Source: an uncultured Spirochaetota bacterium (GTDB lineage: Bacteria > Spirochaetota > Brevinematia > Brevinematales > JAOACQ01). From it: a DNA stretch of 64,000 nucleotides. The first letter of the stretch is position 1. Each line of letters begins with the position of its first letter. The translations under genes were made by a program, and so were the position numbers. A model generated the notes under the pieces. The model saw only the letters and a program-made list of their open reading frames with translations, did not search any database and was not told the DNA's origin. Location of the stretch: assembly GCA_963783575.1 (NCBI GenBank), contig CAWAOD010000004.1, positions 258,056 through 322,055 on the forward strand, given 5' to 3'. Positions 51,201 to 61,700 of the stretch are shown here, piece after piece.

Positions 51201-54200
51201 TAATCCGCTCGCCCATATAACCGGCGTCCTCCAGGGCATGCCAAGCCTCCTGCAAAAACAGGCGCTGCTTCGGATCAATAAGCCTGGCCTCTTTCGGCGC
51301 TATTTCAAAAAACAATGGATCAAAACAATCCACATCACTTAAAAAGCCACCCCATTTGGAATTTGTTTTACCCTTCTCTTTCTTCGGATCTCCGTAAAAT
51401 TCCCGCCAATCCCAGCGTTCTACGGGTACTTCCGTAATGCAGTTCCTTCCGTTCTGTATATTTTCCCAGAACTCATTGACGTTTTCCGCTCCGGGAAAAC
51501 GCCCGCTTATGCCGATGATAGCTATCGGTTCGATAGGCCCCATATTTTGAGGGATAATTCCAGCCGGAAGGCAGGATTTCCCGGTCATTCCAAAATGCCT
51601 GCCTTCCGGTACATTTGAAATAATCTCAGGAGTCGCCGCTCTATCTTCATTATAGAATTTATTTATTATATCTTTATGATCGGTCATAAAATATTTTATC
51701 AATTGCCTTATTGTAGGATGGGCAAAAAACAATGCCGGTATTATATCCAGACTATAATAATCCGACAATACCCCCGCGAAATTTCCAAGTGTGATAGAAT
51801 CGAAACCAAAATCGGCCAGATTGGAATTCACATCAATCCTGTCTTGGGGAAGCTTTAGCAGGCCGCTTATGAATCTCTTCAAATCAATCTCAATGCATTT
51901 CTCGGAACTTAATCCCTTCATTTCAGGTAAACGGCCCTTATTTGAATAAATAAGACTTTCTTTTAATTCCGGGGAGGCATTCTCAATTACCGTGTCCGGA
52001 TTCTCCCCCGATCCGTCCCATACCGGCTGATAAAAACTTTCCCAGTCAATATTGACGCCTAGTAATGCCAGCCTGCTCACTCTCTTTATTAGAAAATGAA
52101 GATCGGATACATTTTGGTGGGAGGGCTTTATCGTATTGATGATTCTTTCTTCAGCTCCTTCATTGATGAATCTCTTTACCAAAAGGCCCAAATCATTCCC
52201 CGGGCCGATCTCAATAAAAACCGATTCATTATTATCCTCAAGCAAAGCATTGATCCCATCGGAAAATAATACGGTGTTTTTCAAATGGCTTGACCAGTAC
52301 TTTCTATCCACCGCTTCTTCATCTTTAATCCATGTACCTGTAAGGTTGGAGATAAACGGAATCCTGGGAGGCTGTAAATCAAGCTCGTCGAACTTTTTCT
52401 CGAAAGACTCCGTTATCGGGTTCAGCAGATCCGAATGTATGGCGTAAGGCACCTGCACCGGTACACAAAACAGTCTTTTCTTTTTTAGTATATTCTGCAG
52501 CTCATCAACCGATTCCGGTTTCCCTGAAACGACACATGTAAATCCGTTATCGATGGCCAATTGTACATCCTTATTTAGATATTGCCGTATCTCATTCGCG
52601 GGACAGGGGATGCTTAACATAGCCCCTTTTATTGTGCCCTTTAAAAGCTCTCCCCTGTAAACAATCATTTTTAAAGCATCCCGCAGCGAAAAAACCCCTG
52701 CCAAAGTGGCGGTAATATACTCGCCAAAACTATACCCAATCATAGCATAGGCTTTGATCCCCCATCCTATTAAAAGCTTCGCCATGGAATATTCGACACT
52801 GAAGAGAATCAGCTGTGACGTTTCCACATCCTGAACATCATGAGTAATACCGCCTGAATCCTTTTCCGGATAAAGGAGAGGCTTAATATCCTTTTGGGTA
52901 AGCTCTTTCACCTCGTTAAATACGCTGTCCATTACCTCCCTGAATATGTTCTCTTTTTTATATAATTCCAGCCCCATATTAATGTACTGCGAACCCTGAC
53001 CGGCAATTACAAAAATGACCGGCCTGGATTTTTTTTCGGATATAACAGTGTTTTCCCTGTTCGGCTTTTCCATGCCCAATTCGGATATAACCTGCAGGGC
53101 ATCCTTGCATACGAGCACCCTGCGGTAATTCAAAAGCTCTCTTTTTGCAAGGTTATAAGAGTAATTTGTTAATGAGGCTTTTTTTGTTCCCTTAAGATCT
53201 TCGATAACCTTTCCAGCTATCTTATCCAGTTCTCCCTGGTTTCCACCTGAAAGCAGCAAAATCTTCCACTCTCTTTCGGGGTCATTTTTGATGTTTGAAT
53301 TCAGCGGTTTATCCGGCGTAAAGCCCAAGAAGCGGTATACCCGTGAAGGTTTTCCGGCCAAAACCAGATTTTGAATCTTTTTTTGGGATAATATTCTCTC
53401 AAACAAATCCAATCCCTCTTCGGTTTCCAGAAAACGCTGCCCGCTGGATTTGATATACATTCTCATCGCCTCTTTATCGTCCGCGCCCATTCCCCCGTCT
53501 TTCCATTGAGGCCAATTGATTACAATGCTCTTCCCCGGCTTATTCATCCGGTTTCTGCAATCAGCGTAGGACATTAAAAAACGATTGGCCACCGCATAGT
53601 CGCACCCTCCGAAATCGCCGATAATCGCTGCTAAAGAAGAGAAGTAACAAACAAAATCAAGAGGCTCATCCTTAAAAACATCATCAAGCACAAGCGTGCC
53701 GGTAATCTTGGGAAGAGTAACGGCGTTGTATTCCTCCAGGTCTTTCTCAAAAACAATCTGCCTGCTCATGACGCCTGCGGCATGGATGATTCCGTTGACC
53801 TGGCCGAACGCATTTTTCGCCTTTTTCAGCGCTTTCTGCATTTGGATAGGATCGCTAACCTCGGCTTGCACATAAATGACCTTTGACCCCATTGCCTCAA
53901 TTCCTTTAATACCGGCTTCTTTCTTTTCATCGGGCCGGGACCTGCCGGTTAAAACCAGATTTGCCCTGTATTTTTTCGCAAGATGTCCCGCAAAAATAAG
54001 CCCTAGCCCGCCGGCGCCTCCCGTTATCAAATAAGTTCCTCCCACTTTTAGAGGAATTTCTCCTTTTTCAATATCCGACATTTGAATCCGGCATACAAAT
54101 CTTTCCTTTTCTTTATATAAAACAGTTTTATTTGACGGCACTTGGAGCTCGCCATATAAACACTCGGTCCATAACCGCATTCCGTTATTATTGTCAACGT

Positions 54201-55737
54201 CCTTTTGAAAAATAACAGTAACCCGAGTATTCGGCATAATAATATTCAAGGTACGCTCAAAACCGATCCATGACTCTGCGTAACACTGGTCTATCGGATT
54301 ATCATATTGCCCTGCCAGAAATATGCGGCGGGTCTTAAGCCTTGCCGATGCCATCGCCTGTATTATAAAGACTATATCCGAAGCATCCCGGATTTTGGAT
54401 GGATCCTCGAGCGCATATAAATATAAAATCGCGTCCACCTCTTTATAATCGGTCCCGATGCTCTTTAACACCTCTTCGTATGAATCCCGGTCTTTTGCCT
54501 CGTATTTATTTTTAGAATGCTTTTTATATCCGGTACCTTTTGAAATAAAGATCAGTTCCATTTCAGGGGCAATTTCCTTTAATCTGCCCTTTATGATTTC
54601 CTGGTTATTTATATCAGAGATAAAGCATAGCAATGTGGTTATTTTAACATTGCCTTCTTTTTTCAACGGCTCTTTTGTCCATACTTCCTCAAAGGTCATA
54701 AGTTCGTAGTACTCATCTTTAACCGGAGGGTTTATTTCCTGCATTTTTATTTTTTTAACCGTTTTTTCGGTTAATTCATCCCATGCTTTTGTAACAAAGC
54801 CTCTCATCCGCAGGCAGATATTTCCCTCTTCATCAAAAATATCCACATCCATTTTTTTCTCATTAAGACCCTGAATATCAATATCTAATGATCTGATATA
54901 AACCCATAAATCGGATGGGAAATCTTTAAGAATATCCAGCTTATTCAGGGCAATTGCCTGAAGCATTGAGCTATTGGGGCCGGATAATCCGACGCTTGCC
55001 TGTATTATCCCCTCCATAAGAGAGGGATGTAAAGTAAATTCACCTTTTGTTCCGGTAATGGCATCCGGTAATGATATCCTTGCCAGGACCCGGTTATTTC
55101 CCTTATATACCTCTTTTAGTACCTGGTAGCCTGAATAATAATCTATACCCATGGTTTTGAAACTCTCATAAATGGTTTGAGGGGTAAGAAACTCCAAATT
55201 ACATTCGTTTTTGATGCCCGCCAAATCCGTTTTTGGAATATCCAAAGCCGCAGAAAACATCATGTTCCCCCAAAAATAACTTGTTGGATTATCATTTTGA
55301 TTTTTAAAAGCCTCGAATAAAACGCCGCCGCTTTCGGACCGCAAAACCGCCATATTAAGCTCGACCGGTTCATTCTTCAGCATAACCGGCTGGTTCCAGA
55401 CAATATTGCTTAATGAGATTATTTTCTTTTCTTCCGCATCTTTCCCAATGGAGCTTTTTACAGCGGCATATGCCATTTCAAGAAGCGTCAACTCGGAAAT
55501 TCCCTTCAATCCCCTGATTATCCGATCCTTTATAAAAAATTCCTCCCCGGTAAAAATTGATTTGAACCGCTGTTCTGATAAATCGGATGTATTTTCATGA
55601 AGCAATGGATGCAGTTTGCGGATTTTATTCCCGGTCTCCCGTGTATAGCTTTGTCCCTCGCTGCCGGACGCCCAAATAATGCTCCTGGGCAAATGGATAT
55701 GTAGGCAGAGCGCAGCGTGCCGGTCCGGTTTCCCCAA
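48220..55737 (-). CDS. trans-AT PKS, C-terminal part: DH0-KR-(linker)AT-ACP-KS(0)-ACP-thioester reductase
   Basis: LHPLLH (DH), GGAGGLG (KR), AGQGSQ/GYSFG/YAIH (AT), GFDSI (ACP), TACSS with AHSLG (KS), GMDSI (ACP), TGVTGLVG and YGQSK (R domain). Confidence 0.92.
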   Translation of the reverse strand: MGKPDRHAALCLHIHLPRSIIWASGSEGQSYTRETGNKIRKLHPLLHENTSDLSEQRFKSIFTGEEFFIKDRIIRGLKGISELTLLEMAYAAVKSSIGKDAEEKKIISLSNIVWNQPVMLKNEPVELNMAVLRSESGGVLFEAFKNQNDNPTSYFWGNMMFSAALDIPKTDLAGIKNECNLEFLTPQTIYESFKTMGIDYYSGYQVLKEVYKGNNRVLARISLPDAITGTKGEFTLHPSLMEGIIQASVGLSGPNSSMLQAIALNKLDILKDFPSDLWVYIRSLDIDIQGLNEKKMDVDIFDEEGNICLRMRGFVTKAWDELTEKTVKKIKMQEINPPVKDEYYELMTFEEVWTKEPLKKEGNVKITTLLCFISDINNQEIIKGRLKEIAPEMELIFISKGTGYKKHSKNKYEAKDRDSYEEVLKSIGTDYKEVDAILYLYALEDPSKIRDASDIVFIIQAMASARLKTRRIFLAGQYDNPIDQCYAESWIGFERTLNIIMPNTRVTVIFQKDVDNNNGMRLWTECLYGELQVPSNKTVLYKEKERFVCRIQMSDIEKGEIPLKVGGTYLITGGAGGLGLIFAGHLAKKYRANLVLTGRSRPDEKKEAGIKGIEAMGSKVIYVQAEVSDPIQMQKALKKAKNAFGQVNGIIHAAGVMSRQIVFEKDLEEYNAVTLPKITGTLVLDDVFKDEPLDFVCYFSSLAAIIGDFGGCDYAVANRFLMSYADCRNRMNKPGKSIVINWPQWKDGGMGADDKEAMRMYIKSSGQRFLETEEGLDLFERILSQKKIQNLVLAGKPSRVYRFLGFTPDKPLNSNIKNDPEREWKILLLSGGNQGELDKIAGKVIEDLKGTKKASLTNYSYNLAKRELLNYRRVLVCKDALQVISELGMEKPNRENTVISEKKSRPVIFVIAGQGSQYINMGLELYKKENIFREVMDSVFNEVKELTQKDIKPLLYPEKDSGGITHDVQDVETSQLILFSVEYSMAKLLIGWGIKAYAMIGYSFGEYITATLAGVFSLRDALKMIVYRGELLKGTIKGAMLSIPCPANEIRQYLNKDVQLAIDNGFTCVVSGKPESVDELQNILKKKRLFCVPVQVPYAIHSDLLNPITESFEKKFDELDLQPPRIPFISNLTGTWIKDEEAVDRKYWSSHLKNTVLFSDGINALLEDNNESVFIEIGPGNDLGLLVKRFINEGAEERIINTIKPSHQNVSDLHFLIKRVSRLALLGVNIDWESFYQPVWDGSGENPDTVIENASPELKESLIYSNKGRLPEMKGLSSEKCIEIDLKRFISGLLKLPQDRIDVNSNLADFGFDSITLGNFAGVLSDYYSLDIIPALFFAHPTIRQLIKYFMTDHKDIINKFYNEDRAATPEIISNVPEGRHFGMTGKSCLPAGIIPQNMGPIEPIAIIGISGRFPGAENVNEFWENIQNGRNCITEVPVERWDWREFYGDPKKEKGKTNSKWGGFLSDVDCFDPLFFEIAPKEARLIDPKQRLFLQEAWHALEDAGYMGERIKGKTCGVYVGVEESEYMFLTGESNINCNQNATLSARIAYFLDLKGPNMSLTTACSSGLVALHQACLALRFGDCEMALVGGINLAISPLSYIGMGQAGMLSPEGKCRVFDRQANGLVPGEAVAVVLLKPLSKAISDNDQIYGCIKASGVNYDGRTNGINAPNPISQEELVKNAYDKFHINPADFQYIMAHSLGLKLGDSIEIQALTNAFKKYTDKKGFCRIGSIKPLIGHTFAASGIVGIIGLLLAMQHHVIPGTRNFENANEFINIKDSPFIVDNENQKWETEGNRLKLCAITATGNSGTNAHAVIEEYRPSDACHEPADLPRIIIFSAKNKDSLRAIIENMLDFVQKKHHIDLVDLAYTLQIGREKMRFRAAFVVKSLNELSGAMQSYLRSIDGNQAIKENMKIYEGDIEKDNRNIGPFFLEGNEEKLILERNNYEKIAYYWTQGGDIPWETLNNNIEAKRISLPTYPFQKERYWAAPVQEARNSAAERGSGAKEQDNKADRPKNIVKDTLSLLTDLLKEFLGLSPDFEINSGKQLLEYGMDSIAGVEFLGKIKEKFGVELDQMRFYSEFTIQGILNQLDPSKPQAYSDKIDESISPWEKDRELPAGIFPNKELKAFIHNSRPGKIFLTGVTGLVGAYLANEILKDNSKMLFCLVREKTSSQALKRIQNNFEKYRLWNPGYQSRIIPVLGDLSKRRLGMAKKAYDELCGSIEMIYHCGAYVNHILNYQSHKPVNVDGTISIIEFAASKNIKPVHFISSSGVCCYLAGNSILFHQSEELIESGKGLINGYGQSKWVSEHHLFQAQREGVPVTVFRAGNITGDSETGYGVVESSLIHNFLKVFNEVGSVPEWKSGVIDLVPVDYVVRAIAAVSQKEDCYGKIYHLTNPDPLPVETFFNFLKGKNPSLLKVNFDEWTDHCLQYVKSLPETYMKKVLINSFQRNDSNNMSFFEFYFIKSGMKHENISRMLQGTKIKFTEIGEKWWDNCLRQFELFK

Positions 55738-58700
55738 ATAATGAATCCCATGCTATGCTATATCCCTGGCAATAGAAATCTGCCAGAGCATAAAGATTAT
55801 CCATGTACTGATCCGGCTTGGAATGAAGGGATTTGCCTTCATCAAGCAAATCCTGTATGTATTTCTTAATCGCTTTTTGCCCCTTGAATCCGCGGGGTGT
55901 TTTTCCCCTGAAAACATTGGGCGGTTTGTCTTCGCCGTCAATCTGCCGTAAAAGATAAAGCGCGTCCTCAATTTCATTAACTACAATCGCGCAGCGATAT
56001 TCAAAATGATGCCGGCCTGTCAATAACGTGCGGCTAACCCGCGGGAGACTGTATTCGGACACATCCCTGTTATTTAAAAATTTAACCATATCACTTATTT
56101 TTAATTTCAGGGCGTCCTCCGTTTTAGCGGAAAGCGTTAATATATAATATGGTGCCTTTTCAAAAAAAGCATCGCCTTTTCTTTCATAACTCTCTAAAAC
56201 CATATGCGCGTTCGTACCGCTCATCCCAAAAGCACTCACCGCTCCGGTCAATGACCCACCCTCCCCGGCAAGCCATAACTTTCTGCTTTTATTTACGAAA
56301 AACGGGCTGTTTTTCCAATTGATATAGTCATTTTCCGATTCAATGTTAAGGCTTGCCGGGATGGTCCTATGCCGGAATGCCAGAATTAGGCTTATAAGAT
56401 TCACGATGCCTGAAGCCGCGAAAGTGTGACCGAGGTGGGTCTTTATCGATACAATCGCGCAATACTGCTCTTTGGAGGTATATGCCTTATAGGCATCATT
56501 CAGCGCATTGATCTCAACCGGGTCTCCCAATGCCGTTCCCGTACCATGGGTAAAAACGCATCCGATTTCCTCGGGATTTATTTTGTACCGGTCATAAACC
56601 ATTTTTAACAGGTTGGTTTGTGAAAGCCCATTTGGGGCTGTAATGCCGTTTGTTTTACCGTCATAATTGATTCCGCTTCCCTTAATAACAGCATAAATCG
56701 GGTCTCCGTCAGCCTCCGCTTTTGATAATGTCTTTAGAACTACAGCGGCCACGGCTTCCCCTACGACCATACCGTTAGCGCGCTTATCAAAGGCATAACA
56801 ACGGCCATCCGGCGAAAGCATTCCAGACTGAATCATACCGAGATATATTGTCGGCGTCAGCAATATATTGACTCCCGCCGCTATTGCCGTATCGCACTCC
56901 CCATTCCGCAAGCTCATGCAGGCCTGATGCGCCGCTACCAATCCCGAGGAGCATGCCGTGTTGATCGCCATGTTCGGGCCATGAAGGTCAAGAAAATAGG
57001 CAAGCCGGGCAGCTAAAATTCCCTCATGATTGGAAGTAACGCTGGTATTTCCCCCCGTTATATACTGATAATCCCCGGGTTCTACGCCAACAAACATGCC
57101 GATTTTATACTTATTGATTTGCGCCGGTCCATAACCTGCATCCTCCAGGGCTTTCCAGGATTCCTGCAATAAAAGGCGCTGTCTTGGATCCATGATCTCG
57201 GCTTCACGGGGGGAAATTTGAAAAAACAGCGGGTCAAACTCGTCCACTCTTGAAAGATACCCGCATTTCCAGATATCTTTACCGAAAGCCCAATCGGGGC
57301 TTTCGGTAAATTTACGCCAATCGAACCGTTCGGGCGGAATTTCCCGGACGGCCTCTTTTCCCTCTTCCAATATGTTCCATAATTCATCAACATTGCCAGC
57401 CTGGGGAAACCTTCCGCTCATTCCGATAATCGCTATCGGTTCGTTCTGGCTTTGAACGATGCCTCCCCGCATCATACGGGAAATATTGAATGCCGTCTTT
57501 TTTACTGAAGTGTCTTCAATAGCGGGAGCATCCTTTATTATTATATCTTTTCCATAATATTCCTGAATGAGTGTTTTATGTTCGGCCAGGAAATACTTTG
57601 TCAATTCCTCAATGGTCGGGTATGTGAAAAATAATGCCGGTGTAAAATCGATATCATATAAACTGGATATGTTGTCTGCGAACCTCCCCAGACTGATGGA
57701 ATCAAACCCAAAATCCTTGAAATTGATATCAAGATCGATTTTTTCTTTTGGATATTGAAACAGCTTGCTAATAATCTCCTTAATATTCCATATGATGCAT
57801 TCCTCAAGGCTCAACCCCTTCATTTCAGGCCGCCGCCCTTTGCCCGATGTTTTCACCTGTTTTTTTATACTGGAATCTTCGTTTAATAGCAATTGATCAT
57901 TGGACTCTCTGACCTTTAATAATTTCAGGAAACGGTTCAAGCGGGAGGGGTCCCCTTCCAGTACTATTATTTGATCGGCCTTTAAGGCCAGCCCACGGTT
58001 CAGGGCCTGAATTCCCGTTTCGCTTCTCATGCTGACCATGCCCGATCTTTCCGTAATCCTCTTTTCGGTCCATTCATCCACTCCCATTCCGCCCTCTTTC
58101 CAAAGCGGCCAATTGATTGAAATCGTTTGACCCGAGCGTTCTTTGGCAAGCACCTTTTCATTTCTATATTTTGCGTAAACATCCATAAAATTGTTTGCAG
58201 CCGCGTAATCCGCCTGGCCGGGGTTACCAAAAACAGACGCAATGGATGAAAAAACAATGAAAAAATCAAGCGGCTGGTCTTTTGCAGCAAGATCGATATT
58301 TACAAGCCCCGCGACTTTCGGCGCCATGACTTTATGAACTTCCTCACCGTTTTTTTTAACAATAAAATTATCATGCAAAACACCGGCCGAGTGGATAATA
58401 CCGGTGAGATTCCCAAAATCATTCCCGATGCTCTTTATGAGATCATTAATCTCTTCTGCATCTACGACATCAACTTGTTTATAGATAATTTCAGCATCAA
58501 ATTTTTTTAATCCATTCAATTGATTCTGCTTTTCTTCAGTCAATTCCGATCTGCCCGTTAATACTACAACCGCTTTTTTTACTTTCTGCGCTATTTCCTT
58601 CGCAAATATGAACCCAAGGCCGCCGGCGCCGCCTGTGATCAGATAGACCCCCCCGTCCTTCCATGGAATACCTGCCCCGGTTTGAGAGAGATCCTCCTTC

Positions 58701-61700
58701 CGTAAACCCAATAAATATCTCTTATTATCCTGATAGCGGATATGAAATTCATCGGGGCTAACAACGGTGTCTTTTATTTTTTGAAAAGCCTCTTTAGTAT
58801 CCTCTTCCGGTCCAATTTCTATTAGCTGAGCGACAAGTTTTTGATTTTCCTGGACGGCAGTTTTTAACAGGCCCGCTAGAGCTGAAAAAAGAATCTTTTC
58901 ACCCCGGTCAAACACCACCACCTGGATTAAAAACTTATCTTTCGGATTTCCTTCGAAAAACTTTTTTATATCCTCGAATAACCTGATCGCATAATCTTCA
59001 AAGCGTTTTGATATATCATCAGATTCCGAATGAAATATGATGTATTCATCTTTTAACAAGTATGGAATATCCTTAATGAAGAGATTATCCGGCTCGCAGA
59101 AATAGATCTTATGATTTTTGTATTCGGTGCTTGTCGATTGATTGGTAACTTCCTCCTCTGTCCAATAAGGTTTAATAATAAATTTATCAAGAGGAAATGA
59201 AGTTTCTGATGATGAAATCAAATCCTTTACTATTCCGGTTTTGATCCCAATCATTGAAATGCATATTTTACCGCTTTCATCAATAATATCAATATCCATA
59301 TCCCGTATTTCTCCGGCTTTAATATTTCCGGTGCCATAACGGATATAAGCCCACATTTCCTCGCCGCAACGGCCAAAAACGTTGAACTTTTTCATGGAAA
59401 CGGGAAAATTGATATCCTTTTTCTCTGACTCTATGGACAAAGCGGCGGATGCCTGTAATGCCGCTTCCAGCAGGACCGGCTGCAGTGTAAACTTATCAGA
59501 ATTGGAAGATGAGGAATGCAAAACCAGTTTTGCGAACACCTTGTCTTTTCCTGTAAATATCTCTGCTATCCCCTTATTTTTCTCATTATATTCAATTCCT
59601 TTATCTTTGAAAATTTTATAAAAATCCTCTCCCGAAATCGTTTTTTGCCTGCAATCATCCCTCAAAGCACCTATGTTCATGACCGGTAAATTGTTATTGG
59701 ATAAAAACCCGATATTACCACTATTGAAAGTCTCCTCATTGCCTGAATCCTCTTTTTTACCGTAGATCTCATAATTGACTTCGCCGTTATTTTCGGGAAC
59801 AAGCCTGATGTGAATCTGTTTTGGCTGTTTGTTTAATATGCATGGCTTATTCCAGATAATATTTTTTATGCAGATCCTTGTTTCGTATTCTTCCTGTATT
59901 ATTTCAAAGGCTTCTTTTATAGCGTCATAGGCCATTTCAAGGCATATAAACCCCGGTATGATTTTTTGATCTTTAATAGCATTTTTTAACAGATAAGATT
60001 CATTTCCCTTAATAATAGCCGCGTATCTCTGTTCCGAAATAATAGATGTATTTTCATGCAATAAAGGATGCAAATTGGGTCTATCGTCCTGAAAATCCGA
60101 CTCTATAAATTTCATTTCCGATTCTGGGATCCAGTACCTTTCCCTCGCGAATGGATACGTCGGAAGGCTTACCCGCTTCGGCTTCTCCCCTCCATACAGC
60201 CTGTCCCAGTCAAACTCCAGCCCTTTCACCCACAAATCCAGCAGCTTGCCGTATTTCCCCTTCCCTATCCAGCTATCAACCGCCTTCTGAAGCTCCTCGT
60301 CGGCAGTGAAAACGCTCAAGGCCTCCTTATTCCTCTTCGCCTGTCCCTCGTACAGGTCCTCTATATCCTGTTTTCCATCAATGTATTCCTTCAATTTTCT
60401 TTTCAATTCCTCCGTCGAGCTCACTATCAAGCCCAGCCTCTCCTCCATCGCTTCACGCCCTACCTGCAGCGTGTAGGATATGTTTTCCAGATCCATGTCA
60501 GTGTACTCATTCTCTTCTATGTCCCTCAATAAATTTACCGCCTGCTCCCTCGCCTGCTCTTTGCTCTTAGCCGACAATACGATGATTGACGGATTATTTA
60601 TCCCTTTTTTGTCCTTATTATCTTCTTTTGCCTCGTATTCCTCTATGATCACATGCGCGTTCGCCCCGCCAGCTCCGAACGACGATATCCCCGCTATCCT
60701 CGGGTATTCCTCCGTCTTTCCGTCAATCTCTATCACCGGCCTTTTCCACTCAGTCAGTTCATGCTGGACCGTAAACGGAGTCTTGCTGAAATCTATATTC
60801 GGGTTCAGTACCCCGGAATGAAGCGAAGGCACCAGCTTCCTGTTTTTCATCTGCAGCAATACCTTCGTTACTCCCGAGATCCCCGCCGCGCTCTCGCAAT
60901 GCCCTATATTGCTCTTTACTGACCCTATCGCGCAGAACTGCCTGTCCTGCGTATACTCCGCGAACGCCCTCGTTAGCCCGCTGATCTCTATCGGGTCTCC
61001 CAGCGATGTTCCTGTCCCATGCGCCTCGATGTAACTGATTGTCCTTGGATTGATTCCCGCCTTCTTAAACGCCTTTCCTATCACCTCGGATTGCGCCTTC
61101 GGATTGGGCACCGTATAGCCGTTCGTCTTTCCGCCATGATTCAGCTCCGTCGCCTTTATTATACCGTATATGTGATCCCTGTCCTCTATTGCTTTCGGCA
61201 GCGGCTTCAGCAATACAGCTCCCACTCCCTCACCAGGCACGTACCCGTCTCCGCCCTCCCCGAAGCTTTCGCATCTCCCCTTGCTCGACACGAACTTTCC
61301 CTGCGCAAGCATGAGATACTTGTTCGGATGGATCGATACGTTCACCCCTCCCGCTATCGCCAACCCGCATTCCCCGTTCCTTATCCCGCTGCAGGCCATG
61401 TGCATCGCCGTTAGCGACGATGAGCACATCGTGTCCAGCGCAACGCTGGGTCCATGAAAATTAAAGAAATACGATGCCATGTTCGCTATGGAAGACGGGT
61501 TACCCGGTATCGCCACCGGTCTTCCCTTCGCCGTCAGTTGCGCTCCGTACAGCTGGTACTCCTCGTACATCACCCCTACATATACCCCGACTTCCCCGCC
61601 TATCCCGCCGCCGTTGTCACCCTCCTGCGCTTCACGCCGGTACCCCGCGTCCTCCAGCGTTTCATACACGCATTCCAGAAACAGCCGCTCCTGCGGGTCC

